A DNA stretch of 64,000 nucleotides from Saccostrea cucullata (taxonomy: Eukaryota), in contig NW_026927880.1 in assembly GCF_032062105.1 (NCBI RefSeq), forward strand, positions 62,001 through 126,000, written 5' to 3'. The notes below the pieces were generated by a model that did no database searches, was not told the origin of the DNA, and saw nothing but the letters and a program-made list of their open reading frames with translations. Below, in pieces: positions 44,538-58,215 of this stretch. The position numbers and the translations under genes were made by a program. How positions within the stretch are numbered: the first letter of the stretch is position 1; every line of letters begins with the position of its first letter.

Positions 44538-47500
44538 ATGGAGACGGATTGGATACTTATTTATTTTGTTAATTTGGTGTGTGTTTCAGCCGTCTTCAAA
44601 GGTCAGTTATTTCTTAATTTAACCATTTCACTGTTGAGTAATGTCGAGAGTACCTTAAAATTTTGATACTATATTTTACCATAATAACAGAAAGATTGAA
44701 AAACTATCTTGAGTAATTTTTTCTAATTAACTTATACACTTTTTTGTTTCTAAACTTAATTTTCATTTCTGTTCAGAGAACTTTTTACCACAGAGAAGGT
44801 AGATAACATTTTTACACAATTACACTGTCATTTTATTTTACATAGAGTTAGCTACAGAAAGTCTGTTAACTATTTTAGAATACATATAATTATGTGTTAT
44901 TATCATGATAATTTTTTATTTTCTTAAAGAAAAGTGGAGGAATCTTTTATACTGGATTCTCCACCCAAAAAATCCTAATCCTGTCAATGTCCAGCTTTAA
45001 AAATTTGGCTCAGGGATATAAGGATAAAACATGAGATCGAATAACTCTCAATGAAAATTATTTTCAAAAAAAATAAAAAAAAAATGGTTGTAACAATTGT
45101 TCCTAATTTAATTTACAACAATAGCAATTGTACTTTTTACGGTGTCAAAACTTGCTTTAAAGTCATTTAGAGTAATAGGGGTGTAAAGGATTGTGGTATT
45201 GTGTAAAAGTGGACCAAGTCAAGTATATTGAAACAAATAATTTCTAATGTATTCTATTCATAAACGTTAAATCAATGAGTGCAACTACATGAATTAGCTT
45301 TTGGCAAGCAAAGTTGCATGTGCATGCATTTTGAAAGTGTATGCACCCAGTATCACTTTCTTATCCCGATTAAAAGGCATTTCTTAATTTAGATTCTTGT
45401 TTAAAAATCAAATTGTATTTAGTATATTATTTGCATGCGTCGTTCTTATCAGGTATTTATTAATCAATTTTTCATGGACTTTTTTTATTCGATGCATATT
45501 AATGAATGCAAGAACATAAATAAATGAACATTGGCATAAATGCAACTTTCCCTTCTCTTGAATGTAATCTTTTGAAACTTCGTTTTTAAAAGACACAATC
45601 CACTCTTGGTTCAAATTTTGCTCACAAAAAGTTATAGACAAGACAATAATGTTATAGATATATAGTCCATCTGCTCATAACTATGTGCAGCATTTATGGT
45701 TTAACCTTATTCAATTACAAAGTCATAAAGAATGCGTGTTGAAGACTAAGATCGCTGCACGGCACTGACCTTGTCTGTCTCAGGTTAATGATAATATTCA
45801 TTGCTCAGTAATGAGCTCTCATCTTTTTTCGAAAAAAGCTACGAAAAAGGTTAAATATGCGGACAGACAAAAGACACATGAAACTCGCTATAACTTTTCC
45901 AAATTTTAATGCTAGTGTTTTCAATATCTCCCTTTTATAAGGTTTTTTAATAATTTATATAACGATCTAGTTTGATACGACCATTAGGGGCTTAAGAAAG
46001 GTAGTATGTATGACCATTTATCTTTAATAACAAAAAATACAAAAATGTTACATGACAATGTACCTTCAAAACAAACTCTTGAAAGCCTAACAAATTATTT
46101 CATGCAAATTTCAAAATATTTATCCATTGCATTATATGTAATATCCCCGACTCGGGCAACAACTAATTTTAGTTTCAACTAACATATACGCCCTGAATTC
46201 AAGTACAGATACTTAATGACTCATTTGTGATGGTCTAAATATCTGTTTTTGATACTACATTTATGAAATGAAATTTTAAAAAAAACCCAGAAGATTGCAT
46301 TCTACAAATGCTGACAAGAAATTTAAAACTTTGCTACATCAACTTATTTGTCAGTAGTTTCAGTTTAAAAGGGCACAGAGCATCTTCTTTCGTAAGGACT
46401 CATCAGAGAGATATAAACATAAATTTGGAAGTAGATGAAAATAAGGTGAAGTGGTCTCATTTGTCATTTAGTGTAGTTGTTAGTTGGCAAATTATTTACA
46501 GATAATTTTTTTACCAGATGTGGTGTATATAATGGACAAATCTGGGAGTGTGAAGGAGACAGACTTTGATGAATCCGTGGACTTTGTGTACAACGTCACA
46601 GAGTACTTAGCAATCGGTTCATCCGACATGCAAGTCAGCATAGTGGTGTTTTCCTCTTCTTATACAGAGGAATTTGATCTTAATGATCATACAACAAAAT
46701 CAGATCTACTGAATGCCATAAAGAACTTACGTGGCACAAGTACCACAGGGAGAACCTATACTTATGACGCAATTGATTACGTCAGGGAATATTCATTCAC
46801 GTCTGCAAAAGGAGGAAGAACCGGAGCCAATAGAACGGTTGTGATTTTAACAGATGGACTGTCTAATAATGGAACTCGAACAATAACAGCTGCAGAAAAC
46901 CTTCGGACGGAAGTTGGAGCAGAGGTGTTCGCGATAGGAATAGGATCGACAGTGTCCAAGTCAAATGAAGAATTGAAGGGAATTGCCAACGATCCTGATT
47001 CTTATTATGTCCATTATATTGATACCTTCGTCTACCTGTGTAACCTGGTTCCAGCTTTGGTTCCAAAACTCGGTATGTCAATTCATGACTCTTATTACCT
47101 GTTAATTCAAAAATAACATTGACTTTTGAAAATAAGAAGATTATGGAATTTGAATCCCACGGATATTGGATGAAGAGAAATAAGAGTTAAAAGTTTTAAT
47201 TTTCAAATAACTTTCAGGAACTTAACTTTGTAGCAGTAAAGCTGACTTTGATTTTGTTTAAATTTCAGATAGTACTGTGACCCCTACATTACTCGCTGAT
47301 TGTCCTACCCCACCAACCACAACCCCTGATCCTTCCATCACAACAACAGTACAAACTACTGTTACATCTACAACATCAACTACAACATCAACTACAGCAA
47401 TAGCTGATACAACAAGTACGACAACAATTGCTGATACATCAGGTACGACAACAGTCACTGATACAACAACAGAAAGAGATACCACATTAACAACAATAAC

Positions 47501-48226
47501 AACAGAAACAGCTACACAAACAACAATACAGACACAAAATACAGGTATAAGAACTCACAAGAATGTTTAAGGTTTAAACAAAATCTGGATTAAAGTTTGT
47601 CAGCATAAGGGAGCTTCCAATGTATTTTTGACGAAAACGAGTCAAATGCATGATTTGTATTTTCAATAATCGTTCTTTCCTACCTTACTGTTTCCCAGGT
47701 AATAGTGCAGCCTCCTCCTCTTCTGGAAGTGGGTCATCAAGTAAGTGAGCATTCTGGAAGAAACAATGATATATTTGACACAAAATTATAGCAATAATGA
47801 CCATGGACTCTCATTTTTAGGTAACACGGCGGCCATTGCAGCAGGTGCTGTGTTGGGAACACTGGCAGCTGCAGCTACTGTTTTTGCCACAGCCAGTCTT
47901 CTACGTCGTTGGTAAGATCTCTTAGACCAGTTTACAGTTACACAGTTATACTACAGAAAACCGTCTTATTAATTCGTAGAGAATCGACTATTTCTGTTTG
48001 AAAAAATGTTTATACATATGCAGCTAATTACATATATGCCGCAAAAATTCAATATTATTTCATATTATAGTAACAAAGAGGATTTTCCTCATAAAGTGGA
48101 AGTAAAATTACCACTTTGATTTTTAGGCATCTATCAGTGAAGGAAGACCCAGTGGTCCTAGCTGCAGTCGGCCAGTACCAGCAAGCACCTATAGGACCCT
48201 CCAAGTCTAAGTTTAATATTGCATAA
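44538..48226 (+). CDS. Type I membrane protein: signal peptide, vWA domain with intact MIDAS, Thr-rich mucin stalk, TM and short tail (at least 375 aa)
   Basis: Exons 44538-44601 (METDWILIYFVNLVCVSAVFK), 46518-47072 (DKSGS...GRTYT...LTDG), 47269-47544 (Thr-rich), 47699-47740, 47821-47911 (AAIAAGAVLGTLAAAATVFATASLLRR) and 48127-48226. Phases are compatible. Small extra exons between exons 1 and 2 cannot be excluded. Confidence 0.85.
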
Positions 48227-49444
48227 TATCCTGTACAAAGGCATAAAAATAGTGTACAAGGCAAAGTGGTGCTTGATTTTAGAAGTCAAATTGGCTTTGA
48301 ACTTGTTATCAACAGATGCAAAAAATCTTTACGCAATGTATATATTTCAAGTATTTCTTTTTATATGACATATGTTTGTATATTTTTCAAGTATAATAAA
48401 TCTGTTTAACAAATGCTGATCGAACTAAAAGTCATAGTAGATGTGAATATGTCAACCATGTAGTATGCAAGAATATATGCTTCTCCATAGATTTCATTTA
48501 GTCAGCCTGTAAAACATCGAATGGAGTTTGTCTGAGGTTCAATTCAAATGTTGAAAGTTCCATCAATGTATTCCCTTACCAAAGTAAAATTATTGCGGCA
48601 ATATTGCTGCTATATTGCGGCAACACTGCAGCAACACATTTTTGTCACCAGAAACAAGCTTTTTGGGTTAGTGAAATATCACCGCTAGCGGCAACAACTT
48701 CTGGGGACATTCTGGCTATACTGCCAGAAAAAAAAAACCTTTCTGGCAGTATTGCCAGAATGTTGCCAGAAGATCTAGGATTACCCATTAGGCATTTGTG
48801 AGCATGCTCAGTCATTTACTTCCTCTTTTTAAATAAAATGGTGGGAATTCAAAGGCAAGCATGTTTTCCTTCATTATTGAATGGTATCAAGTTAATTCGA
48901 GTTGATAATTGTGTACAATAGGATTAGACATGTAGACTAGTAAGACTGAATAATGTGGAATAGCCGGAAAAAAAGAATTTCAGCAGTTTCCATGGCATGG
49001 CCTTTTGAAAGAATTATAGGAATGTCCTTCTCTGGTATATAATTATCAGACTTGGTAAGTCAAAACCATATTCTTTTTTAGATGAATGATTCTATGGAGA
49101 TAAAATAGGAAAAATTATATGTATTTCAACTATTGATTGTGATGCATGTATACTATACTTGTATGTCTAATATATATCATACCATTGTTGCAGGAAAAGA
49201 TGAATGCATTTTTATCAATTAAATTCATGAATATATATAATTAATTTATTGCATAAATATGAATATCTGCAAGAAAATAATGATTCTATATATATGTTGG
49301 AAATTACAAACAAGCTATATATTATACATTATACTGATTGGCATTGGGGAATATGTGATGGGCAGCTAATTAAGGTTATTTGAAAAATAATGCAGAGTTG
49401 CTGGACATTTTCACAGTGGCATATGCATATTTTTTATGTACACA

Positions 49445-50180
49445 TTTTTTTATGTGCAAGGATTGATAGATTGGGGGTGCATATTGTTTTTGTCCTGTCT
49501 GTTTGTAAACTTTAACCTTCGCCATAAGTGATAACTTTTGAACCAATGAAAGATAGAGACTTCATATTTGGTATGCATAGTTCACTTATTAAGTCCTTTC
49601 AAATGACACCAAGGTCAATGACCTTGTGACCTTGACTGTGACCTAGATGCTAAAAATAGTTTTTTTTATTGAATATTCACCATAATTTAAAAACCATGAG
49701 AAATAGAGACTATATATTTAGTATGCAAACTCAACTAATTTAGGTCTTTAAAATGACACCAAGGTCTTTGACAAATAACCTTGGCTGTGACCCATATGCT
49801 TAAAATAGATTTTTTGATCCTTCGACATACCGGGGTAACTTTTGAACCATGAAAGATGACAACCTCATATTTGGTATACATTCTCCACTAATTGTGCTCT
49901 TTCAAATGACACCAAGGTCAATGACCTTGTGACCTCTGCTGTGATCTTAATGAATTTATATGCTAAAAATAGCCTTTTTAACCCTCCACCATAAATTTTG
50001 AACCATACCGGGTAAGAGATAGAGACTTCATATTTAGTATGCATATTTCACTAATTAAGTTCTTTCAAATGACACCAAGATCAATGACCTTATGACTTTG
50101 ACTGTGACCTATATATGATAAAAATGGGTTTTCAAACTTTGTTGCTGCTTGGGGCATAGTGTTTCAAAAACACATCTTTT
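49445..50180 (+). mobile_element. Helentron/pearl-like element with about 4 diverged ~150-bp cores
   Basis: T-run start and GTCT microsatellite; repeated AAATGACACCAAGGTCAATGACCTTGTGACC and AGAGACTTCATATTTGGTATGCA; ends GGGGCATAGTGTTTCAAAAACACATCTT. Confidence 0.75.
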
Positions 50181-51493
50181 TTCAACAAAATTTTTCTATC
50201 TTTTCAAAGAATAGCATATTAAGCTTAAGTAGCTATTTCTTACTGACTCTGTAGCTTATCATGCTATTGATTTTTATGTTCCTCATCACAGTTTGTTAAT
50301 TGCTAGATTGATAGATCATTATTTCTATTAAATACCAATTTATATAGGTATATAGTACTGCAGTGTTGCCCCAATATTGCTGCTGCAAAACCTGAAATAA
50401 TTAATACATGTTCTGCAATTTCTTTGCAGCAACATTGCCGCAACACCTTTCTGGCAATATTGCGGCAAATCTAATTTACATACGAAAAACGATATTGCCG
50501 CAATATTGCTGCAATATACTGCCAGAATGTTGCTACAGTATTGCCGCAATACTTTTCTAATTTACATACGAACCAGAAGTCTCTGTGGAGACTGAAGCTC
50601 TACTGGCTTGTACTTCAGGAAAGGAAGAGAAAAGTTGGAAACTGAAACTTTACCACAGCAATAAAAAGAATAATGATCCTTGATTAAGTCTCTTTATGTT
50701 CTTAGTGTAGTCTACTTGCATGCCACATTACTTAAACTGTATTTGGAGTAGAATTTTGAGAGTTTTTAACAGAAATTTCTATTTTTAGTAACAACGGCAA
50801 CACCGTTCATCGAAATCTAAAACCGATACACAGAATTATGTATTTTAGTGTAGTCTACTTGTGTGCCAAGTTATATTGAAATCAGACCAACACTGTAGGA
50901 GGAATAGCATTTTGAAAGAATTTCTCAGAAATTTCTATTTTTAGTAACAACGGCAACACCGTTCATGGAAATCAAAAACTGATACACAGAATTATGTATC
51001 TTAGTGTAGTGTACTTGTGTGCCAAGTTATATTGAAATCAGACCAAAACTGTAGGAGGAATAGCATTTTGAAAGAATTTCACAGAAATTTCTATTTTTAG
51101 TAACAACGGCAACACCGTTCATGGAAATCAAAAACTGATACACAGAATTATGTATCTTAGTGTAGTGTACTTGTGTGCCAAGTTATACTGAAATCAGACC
51201 AAAACTGTAGAAAGAGTAGCATTTTGAAAGAATTTCACAGAAATTTCTATTTTTAGTAACAACAGCAACACCGTTCATGGAAATCAAAAACCGATACACA
51301 GAATTATGTATCTTAGTGTAGTGTACTTGTGTGCCAAGTTATATTGAAATCAGGCGAAAGCTGTAGGAGGAGTAGCATTTTGAAAGAATTTCACAGAAAT
51401 TTCTATTTTTAGTAACAACGGCAACACCGTTCATGGAAATCAAAAACCGATACACAGAATTATGTATCTTAGTGTAGTGTACTTGTGTGCCAA

Positions 51494-52084
51494 TGTAATA
51501 TGTACTGTGGGTTCTCCAGTCATGGAAAAAGAAATATATATAATTTTCCTTACGTTGCCTACGTCAATAATTGATTGGTAAAAATAAACTAAACGAGAAT
51601 TACGTGGAATAAAATTTACTAAATTTGTACAAGCAATGATTCTCTAATGATTCCTCTAATGTTCCTGAGCTATCCTAGTGCTTTAGCTATCCAAGGTCTG
51701 AAATCATTTAATTGAGCTTCCAAAGCTCCCAGACCTTATATCTCAGAGCAGTGTTTCCAAACACCCTCTATAAAACTTATATTATTCCAATAGGTTTGGG
51801 ACCTAATGTACCCCAAATGGTATGTCTGCAGTATATTGAGACCCGCAAATGAGGCACAATAAATTCCTTACCTTTTTAACACGATCCACGCTGATCAGCG
51901 GCCACTGGCAGACTAACTACGAGCATCAGCGCTCGCCAGTATTTATAGTTACCCAAAGACCCTAAGTCATCGTCTTTGTCTTAGTCATTAAAACGTTTAA
52001 TGTTATATAGCTAATACACTAGGAAGCATCTGATTGACAACTAATTTGCATATAATTAATTTGATCAAGGAAATTTCTACTACA
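51494..52084 (-). repeat. 3' LTR
   Basis: Matches 58471-59061; only 2 substitutions seen by eye. Confidence 0.97.
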
Positions 52085-52100
52085 TTACCCACGCCTCCGA
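52085..52100 (-). other. Imperfect polypurine tract
   Basis: - strand GGAGGCGTGGGTAA abuts the 3' LTR and is preceded by the hairpin ATATGCG-GGA-CGCATAT. Confidence 0.55.
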
Positions 52101-52330
52101 AACATATGCGTCCCGCATATCACTTAAATAAAACATTTTTTTTTCTTCTTTTACTTTTCAATACACATACTTCAAATTCCAGTAATTATTTACAATGAGT
52201 TTTAAAGGTAATGCAATATCTCTTGACATTCCCGCAAAAAAAATAATAATCGAATGAGTCCTATCAATAAACATTTTGCTCAATGTACTTGTTACTCGAC
52301 AGAACACAAAGTGTCATAAAACACTATTCT

Positions 52331-53092
52331 TCACTCCAAATAGAAGAATTCCTCTTCTTCGACAGTTTCCACAATGTTCTTTTGGTCATTGGTGTACGTT
52401 GACACCACCTTGTGAACTTTTCTTTTCTTAACGTATCTGTCTTTACAACCACAATTGGTTTGCGTAGCTCTCGTGCATGTACTTGTAGATCCAAATGAAA
52501 ATCTCCCAAGTGGTGTTGGTTTCTCAGGAAGAGAAACAGGGGTCCTTCTCTTGGGTGCAAACACGGGTGCTGGAGCCGTGGCTTTTCGAACTACCCGTCC
52601 TTTTTCTTGAGATTTTACTTTGATATCAACACTTGCTTCTTCATTCATGCTTTTGACATCTTGTGAATCTTGTTTGGTTTCACCATGATCTCCAATACAT
52701 GCATTATTCATTAGCTCACCAGCACCTTTATCACCATCATCATCCTCGCTACTCGAATCACCAGATTGGGAACTGCTCTCGCTGACACTAAGGGTCTCAT
52801 GAATTACATCTCCGGGATCTTGTTCAAGCCATGATTCATCTTCCTCGTCTTTCTTTTCTTCACCAACTTTAACCTTCTCATCTGCTTTTTGCTGATCTTC
52901 CGTTTGTTCGTGGAACTTCCTCTTATGATGAATCAAATAAAGCCTCTTTTTGAAAAGTTTTCCACACATTTTGCAGGGATATCTCCCTCCATTGCAAGCT
53001 AGCAAATGTTCCCTCCAGCGACTACCATCTACTTCGCCATCACACAAGGGACATTTGTTTTCCTTAGCTTTTGTAATTTTCGTATTTGGCAT
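52331..53092 (-). CDS. Gypsy accessory ORF3: 253-aa zinc-finger protein (C2HC-like plus C2H2) with acidic region and basic C-terminus
   Basis: CPLC-x11-H-x3-C followed by YPCKMCGKLFKKRLYLIHHKRKFH. Lies between the integrase stop and the PPT, same sense as pol. Acceptor TTTATTATTTCAG| sits 5 nt before the ATG. Confidence 0.85.
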   Translation of the reverse strand: MPNTKITKAKENKCPLCDGEVDGSRWREHLLACNGGRYPCKMCGKLFKKRLYLIHHKRKFHEQTEDQQKADEKVKVGEEKKDEEDESWLEQDPGDVIHETLSVSESSSQSGDSSSEDDDGDKGAGELMNNACIGDHGETKQDSQDVKSMNEEASVDIKVKSQEKGRVVRKATAPAPVFAPKRRTPVSLPEKPTPLGRFSFGSTSTCTRATQTNCGCKDRYVKKRKVHKVVSTYTNDQKNIVETVEEEEFFYLE

Positions 53093-53186
53093 CTTGGCTG
53101 AAATAATAAAGAAATAAAATAGTTACATCTCTATTCTAAAAACAAAGCAAATGTACTTATCTCTGCTACTTCTTCACTTAATAATT

Positions 53187-56100
53187 CTAAGTTTCATAAT
53201 CATTTAACCATTTGGGTTTTCTACGAATACGTTTATGGTCATTTTCATCAACCAATTCTTCTACAGAATCTACATTAATTGGGCTTTCATAGTCAATTTC
53301 GTCAGACTCGTCTTTATCTATAGATGCTTCGTTGTCAATATCTAAATTTTCAAAGTTTAAAACTTGTTCCTTCTTTTTTCGCATCCTATCACAATGGATG
53401 ATTTGCCTTTCACCCTTTCTACCACATGCAACGGCATAAAGAACATCGGACCATTGCTCAAGAACCTCGAATGGCCCGCGCCAAAATGAGGTAAGCTTGG
53501 GCGAACAACCAATTTTCTTCTGTGGAAAATATACAAACACCTTGTCACCAGGCTTAAATCTTTCCCATGCCATTTTTATGTCATGGTACCTCTTTTGCCG
53601 ATTCATGGCGGTTTCAATATTTTGACGGACAAAACTATGTGCTCTTTCTAGCCTTTCCCGTAGGATCCAAGCCCAGTGGTTTGGACTTTCTTGCTTCAGG
53701 GGTTCTGGCATTTCATAGATTAAGTCCAGAGGTAAAGATGTTTCTCGACCTAACATCAGCATATTAGGTGTTAGTCCTGTAGATTTATGTTCTGCCGATC
53801 TGTAGGCCATCATAACATATGGGATTTGTGCATCCCAATCCCTTTGGTTCTCTTGTACAAACGCACTTAACATTGATGTTAAAGTTCTATTAAATCGCTC
53901 TACCATCCCATCTGACTGGGGATGGTAGGCAGTTGTGCGTGTTTTCTCAATGTGTAGAAGCTTACACACTTCACCAAACAGCTCACTCTCGAACTGTCGC
54001 CCTTGATCGGAATGTATTATTCTGGGTGTTCCAAACCTGGAAATAACCTCTTCTACAATAATTTTTGCGACCGTTTTAGATTCCATATTTGGCATGGGGA
54101 ATGCCTCTGTCCATTTTGTAAAATAGTCAGAGACTACGAGAATATATCTGTTTCCATTCTCGGTAAGAGGCAATTCTCCAAGGATGTCTGTCGCTATCCG
54201 ATCCATTGGCATCCCAGATGGCACTAGCTGCATGGGTGCAACCTTTTTCTTATTCGGGTTTTTGCGCCTTGTACATATATCACATCCAGTGACATACTGC
54301 CTAACATCTTGTTGTAGACCGGGCCAGTAAAATCGTTGCTGTACTCTGGCCAATGTTTTTTCAACCCCGAGATGTCCAGCTGTCTTTTCGTCATGACAAT
54401 GCTTTGAAATATTCCTTCTCTCAAAGAGAGGTATCACCTGTTGCAGTTTGACTTCATCTGTCTCCAACACAGTCCACTGTCTACAAACAATTCCATTTAC
54501 CAATGTTAGTCTGTGCCATTGACTCCAAAGAGATCTGAGGAAATATCCTTTGCATCTAATATCTTCAAAAGCTGGCCTGGTATTTGTTTCAAGCCATGAT
54601 TTCACAAGGCATATGTCTTTGTCTTGATCTTGCATTTCTTGCACAGACATGTTACCCTCCGATGTCTTATCCTCATGTATCGACCGAATTCTTGCTTTAG
54701 GGTGAATAAATTTGCTGGCACACGACTCATTTCCACATTGTTTGCAAGGGATTCTGCTTAGAGCATCTGCATTTCTGTGCAAATTGCCTGCTCTATGTTG
54801 AATCTGTATTTCATAGGTAGATAATGATTCGATCCACCTAGCTATCTGTCCTTCCGCATCTTTCTTATTTAAGAGCCATCTCAAAGAACTGTGGTCGGTG
54901 CGTACCACAAAAGGTTTACCATACAAATAGTGTCTAAAATGTTTAACAAAGTTAACAATCGAAAGTAGCTCCTTTCGTGTAACACAATATTTGCGTTCAG
55001 CTTTGGTTAGACAGCGACTTGCATAATAGATTACTTTCTCATCCCCATCCTTTACTTGAGACAAAACAGCACCAATTGCTGTGTCACTAGCGTCGGTGTC
55101 CAGGATGAAAGGTTTTGAAAAGTCTGGGTGCGCAAGCACAGGGGCTTTCACTAACTTATTTCGTAAAATGTCGAATGACTCTTGACACTCTTCCGACCAA
55201 ATGTACTTTTTACTCTGCTGGGTCAATGCATGAAGTGGTTTGACTAAAGCAGCGAAGTTGGGTACAAACTTTCTATAGTAGCTACAGAAACCCAAAAAGG
55301 ATCGCAGCTCCGTGATATTTTGTGGTTGAGGCCAATTTCGGATAGCGTCCGTTTTCTTTGGGTCTGTCGAAATTCCCTGTTCTGAAACCACATGCCCCAA
55401 ATAGTCAACACTGTTAGCAAACAGTGTACATTTCTTTGCTTTTAGCTTTAACCCTGCTGCTGCCAATTTATCAAACACTTTGGAACATGCCTTCAAAGGA
55501 TTTGGCGTAGACAATGATGTCATCGAGGTAAATGAGGCAAATGTCCCATTGTAGACCTGCTAAGACAGTCTCCATCAACCTCTCGAAGGTAGCCGGGGCA
55601 TTACATAGCCCGAATGGCATTACATTGAAATGATACAAGCCATTTCGAGTGACAAATGCCGTCTTGGCTTTATCTTTTGCGTCCATCTCTATTTGCCAGT
55701 ATCCTGAATGGAGATCGAGTGTCGAGAACCATTTGCATCCCGCTAGCTGATCTAGTGTTTCGTCTATGCGGGGTATAGGATAGGCGTCTTTCTCTGTAAT
55801 GGCATTGAGGCGCCTATAATCAATGCAAAACCTCGTAGATCCGTCTTTCTTCTTTACTAGGACAACTCGTGAAGCCCAAGGGCTCTTAGACGGTTCAATA
55901 ACTTTATTTTCTAACATTTCTTGGACATGTTTATCCACCTCTGCATTCATGTGTTCTGGGAGCCTTCTAGGAACTTCTTTGATGGGCTTATGACTTCCTG
56001 TATCAATGCTGTGTTTAGTCATAGCAGTTCGTCCCACATCTTTATCGGATTTGGTAAAGATGTGTGCGTATTTACACAAAAGCTGTTTCACCATCTTTGC

Positions 56101-58215
56101 TTGCCTTTTACTGTGATTTGCTATTGTTTTCTTAAACAATGATGTCATGTGTTCAGGCAAAGTCTCACTGGATTCTGTTTCATTTAATCCACCCTCAAGT
56201 ATCTCCTCTACTGGTGCCAGTTGGACAACTGCCAGTTGTCCAACTGCAGTGCCAACATGTATTGTGATATTTCTTTCAGTTGGGTTAAGCAAACGTATTG
56301 GAACACATTTATTTCCTTTCACTAAGGTCCTTCCTACCAAACCTCTATCAGAATTTAAATATGAGCAGGAGGGTTCTACAACACCAAATTCTGAACCAAA
56401 TTCTTGGTTTTCTGGAACAATGACCTTCCCAGTGGTGACTATTTCACTCTTTGAAGGAAGTGACAACGTTTCTGATGTAACGATTCTGAAACAACCTATT
56501 GTACCTTCAAATTTCAAACAATGAGTTTCATCTCCCAGAATAAGTGTCTTATCGTATAGATTGATTACACCTTTGTTATTCTGCAAACAGTCAAGACCCA
56601 AAATCGCATCTACATTAATGTCTGCAATTAAAGATGTTTTGTATATGATTTTCTTCCGAAATTTGAACTTAATAAGTGTCTTCCCCAAAATACTCAAAGG
56701 AGTACCTGTAGCTGACAAGATATTTAAGTCCGTTTCAGCCAACTCTATCTTCTTATCACGGTTTATGACTTCAAATACCTTTTGTGATAGAAGAGTTACT
56801 GTTGCTCCTGTATCTACTAATGTTGTAATCGGAACATTATTAGCAGTCCCCAAGACGTACATGCCTGGTTCGTTAACTTTTCTCTGTACTCCAATACTAC
56901 CTTTCTTGATTGGTCTACTGTTTTCTGAAGCTAATTGTTTTGCGGTGCCTTCTTTAGAAAAACCTTTTTTCTTTAGTCCTCCAGGTGGTCCAGAACCAAA
57001 CTCTTCGAAATTATCTTTCCTTTTCTCTGTATTCTGCAGCCTACAGTTTCTCTTGAAGTGCCCAGGTTTTCCACAATTAAAGCACTTTTTAGTAGTTGTA
57101 TCACTTGCTTTCTTATTGAAATTCCGTGAGGAATACGAAGGAAATTCCTTGTTTGGGAACTTTTGCTGCCCATGCTTTATTTTGTTAACAGCTTTTTGAA
57201 GACTCAGGAGCATATCTTTCATAGATTTCATCACTTCTTCCAGAGTATCCGACTTGGTTTTAACTGGTGGTTTTTCACTGCCTATCTCTCGAGCAAAATC
57301 ATCACTATGCTTTTTGCGCTCTGCACCTATGAAAGCATCTAGTTCCACCGCGTGCCTTATAGCATCGTTCAGACTTCCTGGTCTTGATTGTTTTATTCTA
57401 AGACGCATGTCAAAGCTTGTTAGAGCATCTATGAAATACTCTTTGGCTAGTGTTTCACACAAGTCCCCTGAGGCCGTCGGATATGCAAGACGTGTTAGGC
57501 GTCTGATGTCTTGTCCAAACTGGGGTATAGTTTCTGTTGCTTTTTGACGCCTCTCTTTTAGTTGGGCTCTGTAGAGTTCCGTTTGATTGACAGGAGAAAA
57601 ACGCTCCTCCAGAGATTTTGACAATTCTTGGAAGTTCATTTGTAACCTATCTGGAAGGTTTCCAAGCACACCTTGGGCTTGTCCGCGTAGGGATACTGCC
57701 AAATACATTCCCTTCTCTTCCTCTGACCACTTGTTTAATGATGCACAAGCATTAAAATGGGACCTGTAGTCTAACCATGACGTTGTTCCGTCATATGTAG
57801 CAGGTTTTAAGCTGCTTAGTTTATTAGCCCTGTATCCTGGCCCTTCTTCAAAACCATGCCTCTGAAATCGTCCATCCTGGCTTCTCCGCAATGTAATGTT
57901 ACCTGCCTCCCTGAATGGTGTTTCAAGATATATGCCAGAATTCCGTGAACTATCGTCTTTTCTTTCATTTGAGGCAGAAGCGGATCTGAAAGCATTTTCT
58001 GTACCAACATTAAACTTTACTTTGGGTTTGGCACCTCCATAATCTTCTTCATGTTTTGATTCCTTTTGTCCCGAAGCACCAATTCCAGAATCTCTAACAG
58101 TTATTGGAGTAGATATCTTTTGATGTTCCTTTTGTTGAAGTAAAATACTTTCATTAGAAAGCGCCTTTACTTGCTCTTCCAAATAGCTTATCTCTTTATC
58201 TAGCGTATCTTCCAT
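53187..58215 (-). pseudogene. gag-pol polyprotein with a frameshift in RT near 55480
   Basis: Gag KPATYDG..W, knuckle CFNCGKPGHFKRNC, protease LVDTGA, RT YLDD, RNase H DTDAS, integrase H-H-C-C / D,D(35)E (ATD, HSDQG, VERFN) and GPF. The frame changes about 11 codons after YLDD. Confidence 0.93.

Noticed and set aside
50700-51493. Regularly spaced repeats as a CRISPR array
   Set aside because: Whole 156-bp monomers repeat with no unique spacers, there are no cas genes, and the context is eukaryotic.
52331-53092. ORF3 as an envelope gene
   Set aside because: No signal peptide, TM helix or fusion-protein features; it is hydrophilic with zinc fingers.
55460-55530. Programmed gag/pol frameshift
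   Set aside because: The shift is inside RT after YLDD, residues are missing, and no slippery heptamer is present. It is a lesion or an error.
56147-57769. + strand ORFs of 60-212 aa
   Set aside because: Antisense shadows of gag-pol with no recognisable motifs.
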